A stretch of DNA of 64,000 nt from NCBI RefSeq assembly GCF_009914755.1, contig NC_060925.1; one strand, given 5' to 3'. Origin of the DNA: the human T2T-CHM13v2.0 reference genome, Homo sapiens. Positions 52,250 to 64,000 of this stretch are shown here, one piece after another (the stretch's first letter is position 1; each line of letters opens with the position of its first letter). Below the pieces are notes generated by a model, which saw only the letters and a list, made by a program, of their open reading frames with translations, made no database searches and was not told where the DNA came from. The position numbers were made by a program, and so were the translations under genes.

Positions 52250-53798
52250 TGAGAGGTGACAGCGTGCTGGCAGTCCTCAGAGCCCTCGCTTGCTCTCGGC
52301 ACCTCCCCTGCCTGGGCTCCCACTTTGGTGGCATTTGAGGAGCCCTTCAGTCCCCCACTGCACTGTGGGAGCCCCTTTCTGGGCTGGCCAAGGCCGGAGC
52401 CCACTCCCTCAGCTTGCAGGGAGGTGTGGAGGGAGAGACACGAGCGGGAACCGGGGCTGTGTGCGGCACTTGCGGGCCAGCTGGAGTTCCGGGTGGGCGT
52501 GGGCTTGGTGGGCCCCGCACTCGGAGCAGCCAGCCAGCCCTGCTGGCCCCGGGCAATGGGGGACTTAGCACCCGGGCCAGTGGCTGCGGAGGGTGTACTG
52601 GGTCCCCCAGCAGTGCCGGCCCACCGGTGCTGCGCTCGATTTCTCGCCGGGCCTTGGCTGCCTTCCCACGGGGCAGGGCTCGGGACCTGCAGCCCGCCAT
52701 GCCTGAGCCTCCCACCCGCTCCGTGGGCTCCTTTGCGGCCCGAGCCTCCCCGACGAGCGCCACCCCCTGCTCCACAGCGCCCAGTCCCATCAACCACCCA
52801 AGGGCTGAGGAATGCGAGCGCACGGCGCAGGACTGGCAGGCAGCTCCACCTGCAGCCCTGGTGCGGGATCCACTACGTGAAGCCAGCTGGGCTCCTGAGT
52901 CTGGTGGGGACGTGGAGAGTCTTTATATCTAGCTCAGGGATTGTAAATAAACCAATCAGCACCCTGTGTTTAGCTCAAGGTTTGTGAGTGCACCAATCGA
53001 CACTCTGTATCTAGCTGCTCTGGTGAGGACGTGGAGAACCTTTATGTCTAGCTCAAGGATTGTAAATACACCAATCGGCACTCTGTATCTAGCTCAAGGT
53101 TTGTAAACACACCAATCAGCACCCTGTGTTTAGCTCAAGGTTTGTGAGTGCACCAATCGACACTCTGTATCTAGCTGCTCTGGTGGGGCCTTGTAGAACC
53201 TATGTGTGGAAACTCTGTATCTAACTAATCTGATGGGGACGTGGAGAACCTTTGTATCTAGCTCAGGGATTGTAAACGCACCAATCAGCGCCCTGACAAA
53301 ACAGGCCACTCGACTCTACCAATCAGCAGGATGTGGGTGGGGCCAGATAAGAGAATAAAAGCAGGCTGCCCGAGCCAGCATTGGCAACCCGCTTGGGTCC
53401 CCTTCCACACTGTGGAAGCTTTGTTCTTTCGCTCTTTGCAATAAATCTTGCTACTGCCCACTCTTTGGGTCCACGCTGCTTTTATGAGCTGTAACACTCC
53501 CCGCGAAGATCTGCAGCTTCACTCCTGAGCCCAGCGAGACCACGAGCCCACCGGGAGGAACGAACAACTCCAGACGCGCTGCCTTAAGAGCTGTAACACT
53601 CACCGCAAAGGTCTGCAGCTTCACTCCTGAGCCAGCGAGACCACGAACCCACCAGAAGGAAGAAACTCTGAACACATCTGAACATCAGAAGGGACAGACT
53701 CCAGACGCGCCACCTTAAGAGCTGTAACACTCACTGCGAGGGTCCACGGCTTCATTCTTGAAGTCAGTGAGACCAAGAACCCACCAATTCCAGACACA
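52250..53798 (+). mobile_element. LTR12C-like (ERV9) solo LTR, 1549 bp, complete
   Basis: TGAGAGGTGACAGCGTGCTGG...CCAATTCCAGACACA ends with a perfect 4-bp TSD TTAT (52246-49, 53799-802). GC-rich U3, tandem CCAAT-bearing enhancer repeats, AATAAA at 53440-45. Confidence 0.95.
52921..53360 (+). promoter_or_regulatory. ERV9 U3 enhancer/promoter: seven CCAAT (NF-Y) boxes, GATA site and TATA-like AATAAAA
   Basis: CCAATC near 52952, 52993, 53071, 53112, 53153, 53281 and 53319; AGATAA at 53345-50; AATAAAA at 53354-60. Activity at this locus is not shown by the sequence. Confidence 0.7.
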
Positions 53799-56428
53799 TT
53801 ATCTCTAGCAGAGTGCCCAGCACATACAAAGTGCTTACCCAGTGTTTACAGAGCTAAAGTGAAAAACACAGGAATAGAAAAGAAAAATTCATAATTCCTT
53901 CGCCAGAAAAGTAATTGACTAAGAATGCTTGAATGGAACAACTTACGAGAGCTCCTTCAGGGCAGGGACCATATCTTATTAATCGTTATATCCTCAAAGT
54001 CTAAGACAATGGGGAGAGAGAGAGAAATGGAGAAACAGATATAAGAATTTAGAGAGAGGAAAAGAGAGAGATACTGAATAAGAATGAACTTAGAGACTAC
54101 CTAGTACTTTCAAAACACCTTTTAGAGTAAACCAATTCATAAGTGATGTTGGTTTCTAACTGATTAAAAGGGAAGAAAAAAGTATGCCTTCTTATCTATT
54201 ATTGTCAAATAGAAAAATATTTGCAGGGGAAAAATAGTCTCAGTCTAGTTGAGATCATTATTATCATCTTTGTAATCTGGTAAAGTAAAAAAACTACTAC
54301 CAAAACACAATACTCTCCTATTCTGTATGAAACTTTTTTAAAAACAATTTTTTTAACAGGATATATAATTTGTTTGCTTATCTCAAAATAGTCTCTAATG
54401 TGTCTTTAGCATATCTGCAAAGGGCTGGTTACAGAATTACTTTCAAGCCCTACTATTACATAAAGTTACTATGAGAAGCAGAGGAAATAAGATTTTCCAA
54501 AATGAAGACAAAAAAAAAAAACCTGATACAAGAAATCTTTTAAATAAATAAATAAATGGCATTACAAAATGCAAACTTAGGAAGAAAAAATTTCAAACTT
54601 CACAAAGAGGTGAAAATAAAAGGTCCATCTCTCTGCCATCTCCAATCCCCAATCCCCAGTCTTATTCCCTAGATGTAACTAGTTAATATTTTCTTGGTAT
54701 CCTTCAAGAAATAGATGTGTATCTATCATTACATATATAAGAAATCCTTATTTTTTAATGTCCACACATGACATCATACAATAATCATTTCTTGATACCT
54801 TACATTATACAATATATATTAGAAATCTTTCCATATTGGCACATAAAACTAATAAAACTAGCAACATTTGTCAGGCACTTACAACGTGTCACATACTGTG
54901 CAAAGTGTTACTTTTGTTATACCTCAATCTTTAGAAAACCCTATGAAGTAGGTACTCTATTCAAATATTGAAATTTCAAGAGTTTCACATAACTGATAAG
55001 GAATAGAGCTAAAATTTGAACATAAAGACCTCATTCTTAACTACTAATCTCCTTTTTATCTGCTATAAAGTCCCTGGTATGGATAAACAAACATATTTAA
55101 CCAGTCTCCACGGGTGGACCTTTAAACTATTTCCAGTTTTTCCAAAGATTATCACTAGAATGTAAGTTCTATGAGGCAGAGATTTCTGTCTGAATCAAGA
55201 ATTATGGGTGATTTTTGAGGGCTTTCTGTATTTCTAAATTCTCTGCAGCAACATTATTTTATAATTAAAAAATAGATATTTTTAGATACATTTCAAAAAT
55301 AAAGTAACTTGCCCAAGTTTATGAAAGGTAGAGGCAGGGTTTGAATTCAGATCCATAAAGCTCCTAAAGCTTTCCATGGAAGCAGGTTTCCAAAGATAAA
55401 ATAATTCTTGCTATAGTTTATATTAATGATTTGTCTATTTTCCAAAACCCAGCCTTTCACAGGTCAGTTAAAGATATCCAGTAAAAATGTCTGGTGTATA
55501 TACTAACATAGTAATAGGAACACTAGAATGACTACCACCATTGTTATGATCTGTTTCCTATCCTTCATGTATGGCTAAATAAAATGCCAATCTAAGCCAT
55601 TGTCTTTATGTCATTTGTAAGTTAGCCCGTGTTAAAATGTTTAGGAACACAGAAGACTGGATCCCAGTAACCACTAAAGGCTCAAGAAAACTAAAACATA
55701 TACACGTTGATATGTGAAACAAAACCAAAAAGAAACAGTCCTTCTACATAATACACTTAACATTTAAAATATACCTCCTTTTCTGGTGGGAAAAAGGATT
55801 AAAAAAAAGATGTCAGGTGTCTCATATATCCCATCTGACACTATTTTGGGGATAACATTACTCAAAATTATTTTTACATTAGAAAGCACTGTATTAAGGA
55901 GACTTGGATGGCTCTATCACTGTGATCAACAGCATTTCCATATAAATCTCAGTTTCATCAACTAAAAGCTGGTGATAATACTGCTCCCTATTTCATGGAA
56001 CATATTACATTATAATTACATAAAGAAAAGAATTCAAAAATTTAGCATTTGTAAATATTAACACTGACCTGAAATTGGCAATTAAAAACAGAGAGAAAAG
56101 AAAAGTATCTACTGCAAAAAGTCAATCCTCCTAAAAGGATATAAATTTATCTTAAATTCCACCCTACTTCATTATAAAAATAAACCCAGAGCTGCCTTAC
56201 CCATAAACATACAAAATTATATCCTGGTGTAAAGTATACATAATTAGTTGCTAAATCGTGTTTATTCTAACTCTTAAATATTTCTCAAATCCTTGTCCCC
56301 ACCTTTCCTTTTTTACAACATCTACCTACAAATAACATCATACTTAACAGTGAAAGTCTGAATGCTTTTCCCTTTAGAGCAAGAGAAAGCCAAGTATGTC
56401 TGCTCTCAGTTCTATTCAACCTTGTACT

Positions 56429-56520
56429 GGAAGAGGGAGGGAGGGAAGGAAGGAGAGAGGAAGGAAAAGGGAAGGAAGCAAGGAAGGGAGGGGGAAGGGG
56501 GGGAGGTAGGGAGGGATGGA
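56429..56520 (+). repeat. GA-rich polypurine tract
   Basis: (GGAA/GGGA)n-like run inserted in L1M. Confidence 0.85.
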
Positions 56521-57674
56521 TTAAAGGCATTTTGATTGGAAAGGAAGAAATAAAACTGTCTTTACTCACAGAAAAAATTATCCTGTATACAGAAAATTCT
56601 TAGGAACCCACAAAAAACTACTAGAAATACTAAACAAGTTCAGCAAGGTTGAAGGATACAAGTATAATATCCAAAAATCAACTGTATCTCTATATACTAG
56701 CAATGAACAAACCAAAAATATTTTTTAATTCCATTCAAAAGATCAAAAATAAAATATTTAGAAATAAATTTAACAAAAGAGGTACAAGACCTTTACACTG
56801 AAAACTTCAAAATGCTGAAGAGAGAAATTAAATAAGATCTAAATAAATAGACCCCCCCCACCAACCATTTTCATGGATTGGAAGACTCAATATTGTTCAG
56901 ATGGCAATTCTCCCAAACTGATCAACAGATTCAGTGCAATCTCTATCAAAATCCCAACAAGACTTTGCAGAAACTTGCATACTTTATATAGATATTGGTC
57001 CTAAAATGTATATGAAAATGCAAAAAATCCAGAATAGACAAAGCAATTTTGAAAAAAGTAAAAAATTGGAGGACCCACACTTACAAATTTCAAATTTTAC
57101 TTTAAAGCAATGGTAACCAGAACAGCACTGTACTGGTATAAGGATAGACACACAGAGCAATGAAACAGAACTGAGTATCAAGAAATGAACTCTTACATTT
57201 ATGATCAACTGATTTTTTTTGACAATGGTGCCAAGGCAATTCAATTGGACAAAAGTATTCTTTTCAACAGTGTTGCAACAATTGAACACCCACACACTAA
57301 AGATAAATTTAGACCTTTATCTCAAACCATGCATAAAAACTAACGCAAAATGGAACATAAACCTTAATATAATAACTAAAACTATCAAATTTTTAGCAGA
57401 ACATAGAAAAAAATTCATGACAATGGATTAGGCAAAAAGTCTTAGCTACAACACCAAAATCCTGATGCATAAAAGAAAAAAACTGATGAACTGGACTTCA
57501 TTAAAATTGAAAACCTTTGTGCTTCAAACATCACCTAAAAAATGAAAGGACAAGCCAAACAAGGAGACAATAGTTGTAAATTATATATCTAAAGAAGGAC
57601 TTTTACTCAGAACACATAAAGAACTCCTACAACTCAAAAGCAAGATAAATAATCCCACTGAAAAATGAATAAGA

Positions 57675-58343
<669 letters not shown>

Positions 58344-60390
58344 GGCACTAGTCATTAGGAAAACACAAATTTAAATCACAATGAAATACCACTTCACACT
58401 CACCAGAATGTCTATAATCAAAGAGGACAATAACAAGTGTTAGCAAGCATATGGAGAAATTAGAACCCTCATACATCGCTAATAGGAATGTAAAATGGCA
58501 GTCATTGTGGAACAGTTTCGCAGATCCTCAAAAAGCTAAACACAAAATTACACTATGACCTAGCAATTCCACTCCTAGATAGGTATATACCCACAAGAAT
58601 TGAAAACAAGCCTTCAAACAAAAGTTTTATTCCTATTGGCACTATTCACAAAAGCCAAAAGGTAGAAACAACGTAAATGTCCATCAGCTGATGAATGGAT
58701 AAACAAAATGTGCTACATACAATGGAATATTAGTCAGCCATAAAAGGAGTGAAGTACTGATATATGCACAGATGAACCATAAAAACATTATGCTAAATGA
58801 AAGCCACCAGATATAAAAGGCCACATATTGCATGATTCTCTTTATGTGAAATTTTCAGAAAAGGCAAATTGAGAGATTGATACAAAAAGATTAGTTATGC
58901 CCAGGGCTTGGGGTCAAAATAGGGAATGACTGCAAACTGGCACAAGGAATTTTTTGGGTGATGGAAACGTTCTAAAACTAGATTGTGGATGATGGTTTCA
59001 CAGCTGTTAATTTACTAAAAATCATTTAATTGTACACTTAAAATGAATGAATTTTATGATACATAAAGTATACCTCAATAAAGCTGGGTTTTTTTTTCTA
59101 AGGATCTGGGTTGGAACTGCTCTGCAAAGATAAGTGGAAGAAACTGTTTATTTGTAAGAGAAAGAATGATGATGGCAGAAAAAGGAGAGCTGAATGCAGT
59201 CACTAAGAAAATTTTGCACCCTGAGACTCCGTACCACGATCCTGTAACATTAGCAATTATGAAAATTATTAAATGGTTGATATGAATGAAGGAGTTAGTT
59301 CTGTTTTCTGGTGTCACAGGGCAAACCAGGAACAGCCCATGATGATGCAAGCATACAGATGCAGAAGGAAAAAATGAGAATGACAAAAGTCAAAAAGAAA
59401 AACCAGGAAGACATCCTTGGGAGGGCTATGAGTTGGTACTAAGATCTAGGCTAAACTGTAAAAAGTTAAGGGACAGGGAAGCCACAGCTAGCTAGCATCA
59501 GGTTACACTGGTTTTCCTTGAATGTCTTTGCATTTCACCAGTTCCATTTAAACTGCAGATAGGATAGCTGTCTATACTGCCACATATTTAAGTAATTATA
59601 GTCATGTGGAACCACTATAAATGACTAAACCACTAAAAAATGACTAATTTTAAAGAACATCAGCTGTTTTGCTATGAACAGTACTCTTATCCTCATTCTT
59701 TAGGTTAGAAACCCTTCTTTGGTAAGGAACTAATTCTGTAAGATTTGGGTGGGGCTAACACATCTTTCTCCCAAGCCATAGAGAAGGGCATGTGACCCAC
59801 AGTGGTCAGACTCTCCTATACCCCTAAACATAGTAATTGGTTCAAGGAAGGACATGTGACCCAGCCCACACCAATAACTGAGTCCTTGGATCTTTTCTGC
59901 CACAACTAAACTGGGAGGATTTGAGCCTGGGGCTGTCAAATCTCATAGTGGCCATTTTGTGGAAAACCTATCCAAGATACGAAGATAAGAGGCTGCTGAC
60001 ATTATCCCTGGACCCAATACACTCAGTTACAGGAGTTAACACTTTGTGTGTGTGCAAAATAATCTGATCTGTCACTTGCAACCCCAGCAAATAAAAAAAA
60101 AAAATTCCCATGTAAAAAGCCACCGAAAAAGCAGTGATATATCCAGAGTATCTGCCAAGGGGGTCCAAATGATGCAACCCCAAAATAAAAGGGAGTTAAC
60201 TCTGAAGAAATTGAATTGACTGGAATGAAGAAGAAAAGCCCCAAATAAAGCATCAATTCTTAATTCTTATAACAGGCTCTGTTTTCTAGGAAACCCAAAC
60301 TAAAAGGATATCTACAAAAAGCTGTCAGCTATCATTAGACCAGTGAAACACAGAATGCTTTCCCTTTGAGATCATAAATAAAACAAGGAA

Positions 60391-60712
60391 GGCCAGGCAC
60401 AGAGGCTCATGCCTGTAATCCCAGCATTTTGGGAGGCCAAGGTGGGAGGATCGCTTGAGGCCAGGAGTTTGAGACCAGCCTGGGCAACATAGCAAGACCC
60501 CACCTCTAAAATAAATTTAAAAATTAGCCAGACATGGTGGTGCACACCTGTAGTTCTAGCTACTCAGGAGGCTGAGGTGAGAGGACAGCTTGAGCCCAGG
60601 AGTTCAAGGTTATAGTGAGCTATGATGACGCCATTGTGCTCCATCCTGGACAACAGAGCAAGAGTCCACCTCAAAAAAGTAAATAAAAACTAAAAAACAG
60701 AAAAATAAAAAT
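60391..60712 (+). mobile_element. AluJ
   Basis: Diverged dimeric Alu. Confidence 0.9.
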
Positions 60713-61407
60713 GTAAGAATGTTCAACATTAATACAATGTTGAATAGCAATGGTATCAATCTACACAGTAATACAAAATAATAGTCTACAGAGCAAGATA
60801 AAAAATAGTAAGTCAGTTATAAGGATTGAAAAGGAAGAAACAAAAAAAATAATGATTTCCAGATCATATGGTTGTCTACACAGAAAATATAAAGGAATTC
60901 ACAAGTACATTCAGAATAAACAAGAGTTTAGCAAGGTATAGCTGGATACAAAATTGTTATATACCCAGGAATAAATCTAACAAAAGATATGCAAGAACCT
61001 GACAGAGCAAATTATAAAATTTCATTGTACAACATAAAGAAGACCTAAATAAATGGAGAAATACACTATGGATCATGGATTGGAAACTCAATATTATAAG
61101 GATGTCATTTCTCCCCTGAATTAACATATAGATTCAATGCAATCCCAATCAAATTCTATGAGTTTTGGGTTCAGGGAGTTTTGTTTTGTCTTTGGTAGAT
61201 TCTAAAATTTACGTGGAAATTCAAAGGGCTAAGAGCAGTCAAGATTTTTTTTTAAAGGTGGAAGGAGTTACTCTACCAAATGCCAAGACTGATTATACCT
61301 AAGATTATTTATAATTTGTAAAAAAAATACTGTATAACCAGACCAATGGAACAAAACAGAGATCCCAGAAAAAGACCCACAAATAAGGATATATCATCTA
61401 CAACAGA

Positions 61408-61598
61408 TAATTTCAATGTACATTTTAAAAATAACTAAAAGAATTGGATTGTTACACAAGATAAATGCTTGACATGATAGATATCCCATTTACCCTGATG
61501 TGATTCTTACACATTGATGCCTGTATCAAAATATCTTATGTACCCCATAAATACATATGCATACTATGTACCCACAAATATTAAAATTAATTTTTTTA
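61408..61598 (+). mobile_element. ~190-bp 5'-truncated L1MA 3' end
   Basis: taccctgatgtgatt...atgtaccccataaat...ctatgtacccac; TSD atctacaacaga / atctacaataga. Confidence 0.8.
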
Positions 61599-62298
61599 AT
61601 CTACAATAGAGGCGGCAGGGCAGATTAATGGGGAAAGGACAATCCATTTAGAAAAAAATTAAAATTTCACACCATACACATATCAAGACAAGGTGGAATA
61701 TAAACCTAAATAAAAAGGGGGTAACTACAAATTCATGATAATATGGATGAATATCTTAATATCTCAGGGTAATAAAATATTTCTTACGACCCATAAACCA
61801 ATAACCATTAAAAAAGACTGGTAAGTTAAACTGCATTAAAACTGAGAACATACAGCTTTCATAAGATTCCATTAAAACTATGAAAAACAAGCCACAGGGT
61901 GGGAAAAGGTATTTGCTACACATATAATCAATAAACAACTAATACACAGACTGTATGTAAAGTACTCACACAAAATCAATTCCTAAAAAACCCAAAGGGA
62001 AAAAACAATGGAGGAGGGGGATAACAGCAAAATATTTAAATAAGCAATTTACATAAGAAGAAATTCAAATCATCAATAAACATACAAAACAGAGCTCAAC
62101 CTCATTAGTAATAAAATGAAAATTAAAACTTACAATGAGATGGCATTGTGCATCCACCAGATTGTGGTAAAAATGAAAAAGTTGGCCATACAAAGCAATG
62201 GCATTGATGTAAAGCAACATTGTTGTGAGACTGTAAATTTCTACAACCACTTTAGAAAACAGTTTGACACTACCTAATAAACATTGCTGTAGCAATAA

Positions 62299-64000
<1,702 letters not shown>

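Noticed and set aside
52246-52987. Cluster of long overlapping ORFs (up to 243 aa) and CpG-island-like composition
   Set aside because: All lie within the GC-rich U3 of LTR12C, where stop codons are rare by composition. This is not the DOCK7 promoter, because exon 1 is not in the window.
59166-59194. ATGATGA...CTGA resembling C/D box snoRNA motifs
   Set aside because: It is on the strand opposite the host transcript, the spacing is too short and there is no terminal stem.

Overview
This AT-rich, repeat-dense primate (almost certainly human) window lies entirely inside DOCK7, which is transcribed on the minus strand. Coding exons 2-14 are present, all with GT-AG boundaries. They join into one open frame (1644 nt; ...[10 protein letters not shown]...[11 protein letters not shown]), and exon 1 and exons 15 onward fall outside the window. 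The introns hold a sense-oriented RPL13A processed pseudogene that includes the long 3' UTR, a complete 1549-bp LTR12 (ERV9) solo LTR with a TSD, two 5'-truncated L1PA copies, several old L1M elements with nested DNA transposons and LTRs, MaLR LTRs and about 28 Alu or Alu-monomer copies. I found no support for a novel gene system, and the remaining ORFs in the track derive from repeats or are chance ORFs. The best leads are structural: (1) a perfect 51-bp inverted repeat enclosing a palindromic minisatellite, (2) two L1PA copies 30 kb apart that share three non-consensus changes, including loss of the ORF2p zinc-knuckle His, (3) a 43-bp L1 3' transduction, (4) a retroposed poly(A) site with its native downstream context, in sense within DOCK7, and (5) an old ~177-bp duplication bracketing intron 8. 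Repeat subfamily names come from recalled consensus sequences, and many repeat boundaries are approximate.
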